From Candidatus Hermodarchaeum yapensis (lineage in GTDB: Archaea > Asgardarchaeota > Hermodarchaeia > Hermodarchaeales > Hermodarchaeaceae), in contig JAEOSK010000012.1 in the NCBI GenBank assembly GCA_016840405.1, forward strand, positions 1-64,000: 64,000 nucleotides of DNA, written 5' to 3'. Position 1 is the stretch's first letter; each line of letters starts with the position of its first letter. A program made the translations under genes and the position numbers. The notes below the pieces were generated by a model. It was given only the letters and a program-made list of their open reading frames with translations. It was not told where the DNA came from and did no database searches. Below are positions 1 to 9,222 of this stretch, in pieces.

Positions 1-82
1 CGGCTGGCGAAATAGCGGCATAAGTCTTTATCGTGTGTGTCTGCTCTAGATACAAATCCCAATGAGTGTACTCAATAGGTTG

Positions 83-472
83 TCATTTTTTGCGTGGGCG
101 TGAAAAGCGTTCTCGAATCATTTTTTCTAAAGGCAAGGGGTCAACATCACCCCCACCCAGTATTACTTCCATAATGTTTTCGAAGAGTTCTCCATTTAGT
201 CTTTCATAAAGGGCAACTATTGCTGCAAAGGCATCGCAATCCTGAAGACATTCGTGCAGTTTGTCTTTTTCCTCAGGTCTCGAATAGAGAGCATAGCACC
301 CAGCCTTACAGGGACTAATTGGTGGTGGAGAAATCCTAGTAAGCGGCGTGAATTGTACAGCTGAAATGAATCGTTCTGCGGTGGTGCGATGAAGCATTGT
401 ATGGCAATGTTTACATTTTATAGCTTCGACTTTGATTTCTTCTTTACAATATGGACATGAATTATTACCCAT
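83..472 (-). CDS. Zinc-ribbon domain protein (N-terminal CxxC...CxxC, plus twin Cx3C)
   Basis: CPYC-x9-CKHC; the ATG at 472 is preceded by a GGAGG SD, so the track start at 517 looks over-extended. Confidence 0.7.
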   Translation of the reverse strand: MGNNSCPYCKEEIKVEAIKCKHCHTMLHRTTAERFISAVQFTPLTRISPPPISPCKAGCYALYSRPEEKDKLHECLQDCDAFAAIVALYERLNGELFENIMEVILGGGDVDPLPLEKMIRERFSRPRKK

Positions 473-840
473 TGCAATCCCTCCTTTGTATCCACCATAT
501 GGCAGAAATTGAATCACTTAGGTCCAAGCCATTATATATTTGTTTTTTAGGGAAGCAATATAACCACAACGACCACAACCAGAGTTGTCAAGGATTCATG
601 CCAAGTTGATGTTGAACTCAAGGCGAAGTTAGTTGGAGGAAAAGAAGCCCTTGAAGTTGAATCTTAGCATTTTTCTTTTTATTGATAGTGGATAAGGATT
701 ATAACCAGAAATGTAGATGGTATTTTTCAAGGCTAGCTTCACCTTAAATAAGAAAGTGACAAAATCGTTATGTGTCAAGGTCTTAAAGGGAAGAAAAGAA
801 AGCCAGCTCCTCTCTAAATAGCGAAAAAGGATGGATCTTA

Positions 841-2046
841 GTGGACCAAAAAAACACAACTTTACTCATCACTGGCGCTTCTCATGGTTTGGTTCACTTG
901 TTAATGCTTGCGCTTCCTTTTATCACTGCTAAACTCTTACTAATCACACCAGTACCTCCTGGGACGGAAGGGCTCGTGGTAATATTGCTGAATACTCCTG
1001 CCTATTTCATATTCGGCTTTGGTGCTCTTCCAGCTGGAGTAATGAGCGACCGCATTGGTCCCCGTCTAACAATTGCACTCGGATTACTCCTTTCCATCGG
1101 TTCCGGAATTGCCCTCTTTTTCCTCTGGCCATTCGGAATTGGGATGATTGCCTTACTCTTCGTAGTTTATGCCTTTGGGGCAGGACTCTATCATCCTGCC
1201 GGAACAGCCTGGGTTTCAAATACTTTTGAAAAGGATCGGGGGAAAGCTTTGGGGCGTCATGGTATTGGGGGCAGTTTCGGACAACTGGCAGCTCCTCTCA
1301 TCTCAGCATTTATTCTGAGTACCGTGTTCTGGCCGGTTATCTTTCTCTTTTTAGCCGGTGTTGGATTTGTATTAGCCTTTGTGTTACTTCGAGTGCATAT
1401 TGAACCCCATACAGTTCAAGTTGAACCCGAAAAAGATACGAACTCGTCAAGAGGCTTTTTCAGCCGAATGACACCTGTCGTCATGATAATTGTTACACTG
1501 GTTTTCGCTGGAAGAGGAATGCTTTATCGGGGAGCAGTTACCGCTCTTCCAATTTATATCACCGATGAGATTGGAGCACTGCTCTTGCTAGCAGGATTCC
1601 TTGGTACTCTTGTCTATGTAGGAGGGATATTTGGTCAGGAATTGGGTGGACGGCTCACTGATAATTTTGGTTGGAAAAATACGCTCGTCTACATGTCCTT
1701 GTTAACTAGTATCTCCTTGTTACTCCTCTCAATCCCATACGCGCCAACACTGTTCAATGATGCTCTGCTCATCTTTGCCATCTTACTTTTTGGATTCTCC
1801 TTTTTCTCAGCTCAAGCAGCAAGTAACACCATGGTAGCTGACCTTTCAGATCCCCAAAGCCGAGGTCTAGTATTTGGTTGGAGCTTCTTTGCACGGTTTG
1901 GGCTTGGTGCATTCGGTATAGTCATAATTGGTCTAAGCCAGGTCTACCTTGGTAGTTGGATTTACGGTTTCTATGCCATGGCTCTGCTAGGGATACTCTC
2001 AGCCGTTTTAGTTCCCCTTGTTTATCAACGACAGACAAGGGAGTAA
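841..2046 (+). CDS. MFS transporter
   Basis: About 12 TM segments; GxxSDRIGPR and GGRLTDNFG motif A copies; GLYHP motif. Confidence 0.9.
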   Translation: MDQKNTTLLITGASHGLVHLLMLALPFITAKLLLITPVPPGTEGLVVILLNTPAYFIFGFGALPAGVMSDRIGPRLTIALGLLLSIGSGIALFFLWPFGIGMIALLFVVYAFGAGLYHPAGTAWVSNTFEKDRGKALGRHGIGGSFGQLAAPLISAFILSTVFWPVIFLFLAGVGFVLAFVLLRVHIEPHTVQVEPEKDTNSSRGFFSRMTPVVMIIVTLVFAGRGMLYRGAVTALPIYITDEIGALLLLAGFLGTLVYVGGIFGQELGGRLTDNFGWKNTLVYMSLLTSISLLLLSIPYAPTLFNDALLIFAILLFGFSFFSAQAASNTMVADLSDPQSRGLVFGWSFFARFGLGAFGIVIIGLSQVYLGSWIYGFYAMALLGILSAVLVPLVYQRQTRE

Positions 2047-2111
2047 AGAAAGTTTACGGCATCCGAAGTTTTTTAGCCATCAATTCTTTTGGTAAACATA
2101 GGAGACAAACT

Positions 2112-2924
2112 ATGACTGAACACATCATGGGAAATGGCGTTCCAATTGTGGCAACCCAGTTAGTGCGAAATTTTGGTGAAACTGTTGCCGTGAACCAACT
2201 TTCATTCAAAGTTCACGCTGGGGAAATCTATGGGCTTCTTGGACCCAATGGTGCCGGCAAAACTACCACGGTGAGAATGGTCAGCGGGTTGCTTCCACCT
2301 ATTGAAGGTGAGGTCCAAGTGTTTGGATTTAATCCTATGACCCAGCCTATTGAGGTGAAAAAACGGATTGGACTTGTTCCTGAAGATCACATTCTTTACG
2401 AGTCATTGACTCCTCGAGAGTTTTTTAATTTCGTTGCCTCTGTACGCCGTTTAAATCAATCTGAAGTTGAAAATCGGATGCTCTCCCTCATTGATGCCTT
2501 CGAGTTCGCTGAATATTATGACAAACCTATTGCCACCTTGAGCCATGGTAACCGACAGAAGGCCAGTATCATGTCAGCACTGATTCATGATCCTCCATTA
2601 CTTGTCTTGGACGAACCTTTTAGTGGGCTAGATGCACGAACGGTCCGTGTCTTGAAAGATATTTTGAATATCCATTTAGAAAATGGCGGTGGCATACTAT
2701 TTAGTAGTCATATTCTCGAAGTGGCTGAAAGCCTCTGTGATCGTATTGGTATCATTGATGAGGGAAGAATGGTCGCTGAAGGAACGGTGAGCGAACTCCG
2801 AGAAATGGTGAAATCGCATGGTTCTTTGGAAGAGATCTTTCTTCGTGCTGTCCAACAAGACGAAGAAGTTGCTGAAACTGTAAAGGCGCTGCGTAAAGCA
2901 CTGGCGAAAAATACTAGTCTCTAA
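2112..2924 (+). CDS. ABC transporter ATP-binding protein (ABC-2/drug-export type)
   Basis: GPNGAGKTT Walker A, LSHGNRQK signature, LVLDEP Walker B, SSH; ATG 2112 follows GGAG. Confidence 0.93.
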   Translation: MTEHIMGNGVPIVATQLVRNFGETVAVNQLSFKVHAGEIYGLLGPNGAGKTTTVRMVSGLLPPIEGEVQVFGFNPMTQPIEVKKRIGLVPEDHILYESLTPREFFNFVASVRRLNQSEVENRMLSLIDAFEFAEYYDKPIATLSHGNRQKASIMSALIHDPPLLVLDEPFSGLDARTVRVLKDILNIHLENGGGILFSSHILEVAESLCDRIGIIDEGRMVAEGTVSELREMVKSHGSLEEIFLRAVQQDEEVAETVKALRKALAKNTSL

Positions 2925-2946
2925 TTTCTTGGGCGGTTGACAAGAC

Positions 2947-4641
2947 GTGGTTGAAGACTCAGAGCTGAAACATAACATTAGTTGGGGCGAAGCCTGGAGA
3001 ATTGCAGGCAAAATTGCCTTTGAAGTTCAGTTTCGATCTGCGATGTCTATGAGTCAAGGGGCGGTGACTCAAACTATCGAAAAGCAGATTGAAAAAGCTC
3101 GTAGCAATGCTCGGTTCAATAAACTTATGGTAACCCTTTTCATTGGAATGCTAGCTGCTGTGTTTGGATTTACAATCTGGGGCGCTGTGACTGGTGCCTT
3201 TGGTATACAAATCGAATACCAATGGGTTACGGTTGCCTTAACAGTTTCAGTATTTTGCCTAGTGGGTTTCGCCTTCCTGGTATTTTGGGGAATTATGGTA
3301 TCTACTTCGTTCATTTCCACTAATGCACCTGCAATTGGTCAATACTTACCAGTTTCCCAGTCCGATACTGGCAAGCTCGCCTTACTATCCTACATTCGCT
3401 TGTTCGATGCCCAAATGTTCACCGTCTTATTGGCGTTTCCTATCGCATATGGGGTCGCTACTCAATCCATCCTAGGAACATTAGCCTGTTTTGGTGCGTT
3501 TCTCATCACAGTTGGAATCGCAATCACTGCCATGCTTATTCTCGCCCTTTATTTCTATACGCGGATTCAAAGCGCTGGGGGATCACGACTCAGCTCAATA
3601 ATACGGCTTCTTTTCATCTTTTTATGGGTCATTGCTATTCTCGGCTTTTCTCTCTCCTTCCAACTCATCAGCATGCTAATTCCCCTACTGGAAGGTCTAG
3701 CAATCAGCCTAGCGCCCATCTGGTCTGTTCTTTACTTTTGCTATCCCTTTTCACTGGGCACCTTTGTTGTTCTAGCTTCAGGGATTCCTAGTACACCACT
3801 ATTCTGGTTGGATTTTCTTGTGGTTCCCCTATATGGATTCTTGGCTTTTTGGGGAGTCCGATGGGCTCGCAGATTCCTCGTTCAAGTCGGTACGGAAGGA
3901 ATTATTCAAACCGGTCCTAGTATTATCCAACCTGCTACAGTCAAGGTCAAAAGACTAAGCATGGCATTATTTCGGAAAGACTTACGCATTGCAACACGTA
4001 CACCTGGGCAAGCAATCATGTTTTTCCTTCCACTAGTAATGATGATTCCAATCTTCTTACAATTTATAGGGGACGTGGGAGTCATCAGCTTAACAGATGT
4101 CGTCATCTCCATTGCCATTCCTACCATCATGATGGGCTTCTTCTCCATCTTCTTCCTTGGTGTCGAAGCTCGAGGAATGTCTTACACCTTGACTCTTCCC
4201 TTGAAAACCAAGAACATCCTCAAATCCAAAGCACAACTCATTGCCATCATGAGCATATCCATCCCCATCTTTCTCATCATTGTCTCTTTGTTCAAACCCT
4301 TAAACAATCCCGTTTCCTATTTTCTGGCGATGTCTCAGATAGTAGTTGTCTATGTTACCGCGTATCTTTCACTTATTATATTCACTCGAATTATCGGGGG
4401 AGGACGGTTAATTGGGTTTCAAATCGGACAACACGTATCACAAATGATATTGGTAGGCATCGTTACATTTTTCCTCGCGGTTATTCCCATCGGCTTGTTC
4501 GGAATCACTTATCTTGTTACACGAATTCTAACCGAGTCTATTCCAATAGCTTCTATAGTTGGGTTAGCGGGTCTTTGGTCCGGAATCCTCATCACCTATC
4601 TCATTGCCAAATTATTTGAAACGAAGCTTCTTAAAGACTAA
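2947..4641 (+). CDS. ABC exporter permease (fused double ABC-2-type membrane protein)
   Basis: Many TM segments, internal LFRKDLRIATRTP motif, directly downstream of the ATPase. Confidence 0.75.
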   Translation: MVEDSELKHNISWGEAWRIAGKIAFEVQFRSAMSMSQGAVTQTIEKQIEKARSNARFNKLMVTLFIGMLAAVFGFTIWGAVTGAFGIQIEYQWVTVALTVSVFCLVGFAFLVFWGIMVSTSFISTNAPAIGQYLPVSQSDTGKLALLSYIRLFDAQMFTVLLAFPIAYGVATQSILGTLACFGAFLITVGIAITAMLILALYFYTRIQSAGGSRLSSIIRLLFIFLWVIAILGFSLSFQLISMLIPLLEGLAISLAPIWSVLYFCYPFSLGTFVVLASGIPSTPLFWLDFLVVPLYGFLAFWGVRWARRFLVQVGTEGIIQTGPSIIQPATVKVKRLSMALFRKDLRIATRTPGQAIMFFLPLVMMIPIFLQFIGDVGVISLTDVVISIAIPTIMMGFFSIFFLGVEARGMSYTLTLPLKTKNILKSKAQLIAIMSISIPIFLIIVSLFKPLNNPVSYFLAMSQIVVVYVTAYLSLIIFTRIIGGGRLIGFQIGQHVSQMILVGIVTFFLAVIPIGLFGITYLVTRILTESIPIASIVGLAGLWSGILITYLIAKLFETKLLKD

Positions 4642-4687
4642 TGTTGGTTTCGAAAAACACCAGCAAAGCAACTCAGAGGATTTGTTG

Positions 4688-5299
4688 TTATCCTCGGAGT
4701 TTGTTTGAAACGGAAATAAGACGATCGACGGTTTTATGGAGTGTTTTTAATCCTTGTTTATCAGCCTCTGCTCCCGCGGCTTTCTTATCCTTTGACCAAA
4801 TGGTAGCTCCGAGATTAGCTCCAAAGGCTCCACCTCCAATTGAAAAAATGAGATTAATCATGTAAAAGTCATGAATTGAGCGTAATGTGGGTTCTTGGCC
4901 GCCAACGCGATCTCCACCTATTGCTGCCGCTGCACCAATTTTTCCTTCAAACACCGTTGGGTTCTTTGCTACCATCGCACGTGTGCGATCTAAGAGGGTT
5001 TTGAGTTGTCCACTAATATTGCCTTGATACACGGGACTTCCAAGAATGTAAGCATCAGCCCATTCTAAGAGCTCATAAACTTCTTCCATGTCATCCTTGA
5101 AGACACAACCTTCTCGGGTTCGAATGCAGTGGTCACAATGAATGCAAAAGTTGAGCTTCTTATCCATAACGGAAAAGTATTGGGTGTCTGCGTTATACTT
5201 CTCTTTGGCATGTCGTAGGGCTTCTTGAATTACGAATTCTGTGGCAGCTTTTCGTGGGCTTCCGGACACTCCCAACACTCGAAGGGGTCTATTACTCAT
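4688..5299 (-). CDS. Iron-sulfur flavoprotein (Isf-like, flavodoxin family)
   Basis: GVSGSPR, CxxCxxCx5C cluster motif, GSPVY, GGQE. Confidence 0.9.
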   Translation of the reverse strand: MSNRPLRVLGVSGSPRKAATEFVIQEALRHAKEKYNADTQYFSVMDKKLNFCIHCDHCIRTREGCVFKDDMEEVYELLEWADAYILGSPVYQGNISGQLKTLLDRTRAMVAKNPTVFEGKIGAAAAIGGDRVGGQEPTLRSIHDFYMINLIFSIGGGAFGANLGATIWSKDKKAAGAEADKQGLKTLHKTVDRLISVSNKLRG

Positions 5300-5428
5300 A
5301 GAATCCACCAGCGTATACCTTGTGGTTCTGATTTTTCTACCTTATCGATTCTCTACTCTCAGGGGAAAAGTTCTCTAGGACAAGAAGCAATGAAAATAAG
5401 CACTTATACTCAATGAAATTGTAAGGGA

Positions 5429-5983
5429 TTGATGATGACTGTGAAGTTTGCTTGGGCAATAACTGGAGCTGGGGATTATATGACTGACTCAATTCAAGTG
5501 ATGAAAGAAATTGTAACCGAGTACGATGTTAAAGTGCTGGTGTTTCTTTCAAAAGCGGGTATCCAAGTGATTAAATGGTACAAACTTATGGAAGACTTGA
5601 AGACCATTAGTCCAAAGATACGAACCGAAATCGACGCAAATACTCCATTCATTGCTGGGAAGCTCCAAAAGGGCACATACCGGTTCCTTGTAGTAATGCC
5701 CGCAACTGCAAACACTGTGGCAAAAATCGCCTACGGCATCGCAGACACCTTGATTACGAATTCTGTGGCTCAAGCCATGAAGACCGCTGTTCCCATTTAC
5801 ATTTACCCCGTAGATCAAACACCGGGTAGTGTTACAACCGTGTTACCAAGCGGAGAGAAAATGGAGCTAACCACTCGGAAAGTTGATCTTGAAAATGTTG
5901 AGCGGCTCCGCTCAATGACGAGTATGACCGTTCTTGCCCACCCCTCCGAGATGAAAACCCATCTTCAAAAATATCTTGAATAA
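5429..5983 (+). CDS. afpA: Archaeal flavoprotein, AfpA family (HFCD/flavoprotein superfamily)
   Basis: AWAITGAG N-terminus, PATANTVAKIAYGIADTLITN motif; divergent from the Isf-like gene. Confidence 0.8.
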   Translation: MMMTVKFAWAITGAGDYMTDSIQVMKEIVTEYDVKVLVFLSKAGIQVIKWYKLMEDLKTISPKIRTEIDANTPFIAGKLQKGTYRFLVVMPATANTVAKIAYGIADTLITNSVAQAMKTAVPIYIYPVDQTPGSVTTVLPSGEKMELTTRKVDLENVERLRSMTSMTVLAHPSEMKTHLQKYLE

Positions 5984-5990
5984 AGTGCAT

Positions 5991-6437
5991 TCATAATTTG
6001 GGAAGTAATCCTGCCTCCGTTAGCAGTCTCTGTGTATCTTCATGGATTTCATTACGAATTTTCGTAAGATCCTCTTTTGCGAACCAAGCGCCTTCTCCGA
6101 CATCAGAGGCTGGTTCAAAATCCCCCTGTGTAACCTTGGCAACAACATCCAGATAGACAATATGGTCGAGAAGGGAACCATCAGAATCCCGAATTATTCG
6201 CTCCATGGGACGCACCCAGTGGAGAATGCGAATTTCTAATCCGGTCTCTTCTCGAACCTCTCGTCGGACCCCATCCTCCAATGATTCACCGGGATCAAGA
6301 CGACCTCCAGGACAAATGAATTTTCCCGCCCAGAACCCTTTCTTTTCAGGACCATGTTTGACTAGCAACACTCTATCTTGCTTGTCGAGAATCACGGCGC
6401 CGACGCAAGGAACGATTCGTCCAGTCATGAAAATCAA
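5991..6437 (-). CDS. NUDIX hydrolase
   Basis: GGRLDPGESLEDGVRREVREETGL Nudix box. Confidence 0.92.
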   Translation of the reverse strand: MIFMTGRIVPCVGAVILDKQDRVLLVKHGPEKKGFWAGKFICPGGRLDPGESLEDGVRREVREETGLEIRILHWVRPMERIIRDSDGSLLDHIVYLDVVAKVTQGDFEPASDVGEGAWFAKEDLTKIRNEIHEDTQRLLTEAGLLPKL

Positions 6438-6591
6438 CGTGTCTTCCTTATCCTAGTTCTGTTGTTAAATGTCTCCTGTTTCACAACCAATCGGGGTTTT
6501 TGGAAAGAGAAACGCTTAAATTGGTTCAGGGGCAACGCCCTTAATCACCATATTACTTCATGACCATAAAATAATTGTGAGGTCGTCATCG

Positions 6592-7659
6592 ATGGGTACA
6601 ATCAAGATTGCTCTTGTTGGTATTGGTAACTGTGCCAGCAGTCTCGTGCAAGCACTCCATCATTACGGGAATCCAAGTCAAGCAACTGAAAGTGCTGGGC
6701 TCGCTCATCCAATGCTTGGTAACTATGCTGTGAGTGATATCGAAGTTGTTGCAGCTTTTGATGTGAATAAACACAAAGTTGGGAAGCCTCTCAATAAGGC
6801 GATTTTTGCAACACCAAATAATGCTCCAAAATTTGGTGATATTCCAGGAATGAAGATCATTGTGCAACGAGGACCAACCCTTGACGGAATAACCCCCGAA
6901 CTCCAAGAGCTAGTTGAAGAAAGTGACGCCAAACCAGTCGATGTAGCAGCCAAACTCAAAGAAAGTGGAGCCCAGATTTTAGTTGGTCTACTTCCAAGTG
7001 GGGCTAGTGAAGCTACGCACTTCTACGCGGATGCTGCCCTGAAAGCCGGGTGTGGGTATGTCAATGCGTCACCAGTTCTTCTTGCTAGTGACCCTGAATG
7101 GGCTCAACTTTTCAGATCAGCAAATCTTCCCTTGGTCGGTGATGACTTGATGAGCCAATTGGGTGCCACAGCACTTCATCGGGCCCTCTTGGATTTTCTG
7201 GTAAAACGTGGTGTCCGTATTGTAGAAAGTTATCAACTTGATGTTGGTGGCGGAACGGAATCACTCGAGTCTCTTCATCGCGCTCGTGATCAAAAACGTA
7301 GCCTAAAAACACAAAGTGTTTCAGCAGAAGTGCCATATGAAGTGCCTGTCACTGCCGGGTCATCTGATTACGTGTACTTTATGGGTAATCGCCGTGAGAG
7401 CTACTTTTACCTCCGTGGTCGATATATTGGTGATGCGGATTTCAAAATAGATCTCCGGTTAATAAGTCAAGATGCTCCCAATAGCACTTCCATTCTCCTT
7501 GATGTTATCCGAGGAGTGCAAATTGGGTTTGATCGGGGGTTTGTAGGTCCGATTGATGCAGTGTGCTCATATGGGTTCAAAGCGCCGCCTCGTTCATATC
7601 CCCTTTCTCTGAGTGAGGCTATCTTTGAGCATTTCATTCGAAGTACTCGACCCATCTAA
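6592..7659 (+). CDS. Myo-inositol-1-phosphate synthase family protein (divergent)
   Basis: GIGNCASSLVQ, VAAFDV, GDDxxSQxGAT, DAPNS, FKAPP motifs. Confidence 0.85.
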   Translation: MGTIKIALVGIGNCASSLVQALHHYGNPSQATESAGLAHPMLGNYAVSDIEVVAAFDVNKHKVGKPLNKAIFATPNNAPKFGDIPGMKIIVQRGPTLDGITPELQELVEESDAKPVDVAAKLKESGAQILVGLLPSGASEATHFYADAALKAGCGYVNASPVLLASDPEWAQLFRSANLPLVGDDLMSQLGATALHRALLDFLVKRGVRIVESYQLDVGGGTESLESLHRARDQKRSLKTQSVSAEVPYEVPVTAGSSDYVYFMGNRRESYFYLRGRYIGDADFKIDLRLISQDAPNSTSILLDVIRGVQIGFDRGFVGPIDAVCSYGFKAPPRSYPLSLSEAIFEHFIRSTRPI

Positions 7660-7741
7660 ATAGTCGGTTTCCACCGTTCTTTTATAAGCAATGGAGTGAA
7701 ACGACCCTAGGTCATGTCAATATGAGACCCAAGGGTTGTGA

Positions 7742-8632
7742 ATGATAATGCGAATTGGAATTGCCATGAGTCGGGATCGCCCCAATTGGCCTGTCCGACG
7801 ACTAATTCGTGTGTTAGACTCCCGTTCTTGCGAAGCTGTTACTTTTCGCTTAAAAGACATCTCGGTCCACATGGATTCCGAGAGGATGCAGTTTCTACTA
7901 CCCCGGCGACGTCCTCTTGAAGTTAATGGGTTGATTCTTCGAAGTATTGGAGGCGGTTCCACCGATCAAATTACAAGTCGGATTTCAGTATTGGAGGCGA
8001 TGGAATTCTCCGGAATTCGCGTTTTCAACAGTGCCTATAGTCATAGGCGGGCAAAGGATAAACTCGCTACCCTTGTGTGGTTAGCCCATCATGGCATTCC
8101 GATCCCCCAAACCACTGTCACAGAACGACTCGCTGTAGCCGTGGCGAGCACTAAGCGTTACAAGGATATCGTGTCTAAACCGTTACGTGGGTCTCAAGGA
8201 CAAGGGATTTTCCGACTAGATGATCCTGACCTTGCATTTCGAATTTTCAAGATTCTCCAAACCGCAAATCAGACCATGCTCATCCAAGAATTCATCGAGA
8301 CTCCGGGTCGGGATATTCGGGTCTTCGTTGTAGGAAATCGAGTCATTGGGGCGATGTATCGGTATGCGAAACCTGGGGCTTGGAAAACCAATGTCTCACG
8401 AGGCGGGAAACCAGAAGAATGTCCAATATCAAAGGATCTTGAGAAATTGGCTATAAATGCATCAAAGGCAATGCAAATGGATTTTGCTGGTATTGACATC
8501 CTCGAATCGAAGACAGGGCTCGTGGTGAGTGAGGTCAACTCGGCTCCGAACTGGAGTGGATTACAGAAGGCAATAGGAATTGATGCAGCTGAAGAAATCA
8601 TTGACCACATACTTCGGCAATTGGAGGCGTAA
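7742..8632 (+). CDS. RimK/LysX/MptN-family ATP-grasp alpha-L-glutamate ligase
   Basis: KPLRGSQGQG, IQEFI, RDIRVFVVG, WKTNVSRGG, GIDIL, EVNSAP. Confidence 0.9.
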   Translation: MIMRIGIAMSRDRPNWPVRRLIRVLDSRSCEAVTFRLKDISVHMDSERMQFLLPRRRPLEVNGLILRSIGGGSTDQITSRISVLEAMEFSGIRVFNSAYSHRRAKDKLATLVWLAHHGIPIPQTTVTERLAVAVASTKRYKDIVSKPLRGSQGQGIFRLDDPDLAFRIFKILQTANQTMLIQEFIETPGRDIRVFVVGNRVIGAMYRYAKPGAWKTNVSRGGKPEECPISKDLEKLAINASKAMQMDFAGIDILESKTGLVVSEVNSAPNWSGLQKAIGIDAAEEIIDHILRQLEA

Positions 8633-8740
8633 TCTGGGACAAAAAGAGAAAGGAGGGAGAGCGGTGCGGATAGCATCGCACCTCCCTCACTGTGATTTTT
8701 GTTAAAATACTGGACCGCAAGGTCCATCTTGTCCTGGGTT
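8631..8740. other. Structured intergenic element (three-helix fold; possible terminator or ncRNA)
   Basis: Pairings 8631-8642/8729-8740, 8653-8658/8683-8688 with 8663-8668/8677-8682, and TGGACC-GCAA-GGTCCA at 8711-8726. Confidence 0.55.
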
Positions 8741-9127
8741 CATTTGTAACGCGCCTCGATTCATTCAATGAGGGTCTGTTGTGTCCACAGATTGGCGGAT
8801 TTTGTTTAGTTTTTAAGCGTTATGGGTTGCAGGCTTAGTTTCTCAATACAGTCAGGACTCAGCGAATTGCTTTTACAGCATCTTCTCACTGGGTTAAACT
8901 CAATGAAGTAGGATTTTGCCAGGGTGTAACTGTAGACTTGTAAAAAATATTCTACCGACTTTTTGGATTTTGAAAAAACTACCAATTTTGAATAGAATAT
9001 CTTTGTCCAATCCTGATGTGAAAATCGCGGGTTTGGAGGCGCATCAGAGAGGTTGTAAGACGCTCTTTGAGTAATGGTTCACGGGCTATCCGATTCTTGT
9101 TATGTTCTCTGTTAACCCCCGTACCGC

Positions 9128-9134
9128 TTATAAA
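9128..9134 (+). promoter_or_regulatory. TATA box upstream of the GH3-family gene
   Basis: TTATAAA about 90 nt upstream of the ATG; GGAGTGA SD at about 9211. Confidence 0.5.
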
Positions 9135-9222
9135 CCGTTGAAATCACCCAAGCCGAATTATTGGGGCGAGATCCTGCGGACAAGGATTCGTCCCACTCGA
9201 AAAAATTGAAGGAGTGAATTGA

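Noticed and set aside
8269-8727. 152-aa antisense ORF with an internal GGAGGTG-ATG
   Set aside because: Mostly antisense to the well-conserved RimK-like gene; the SD-like string is part of a hairpin stem
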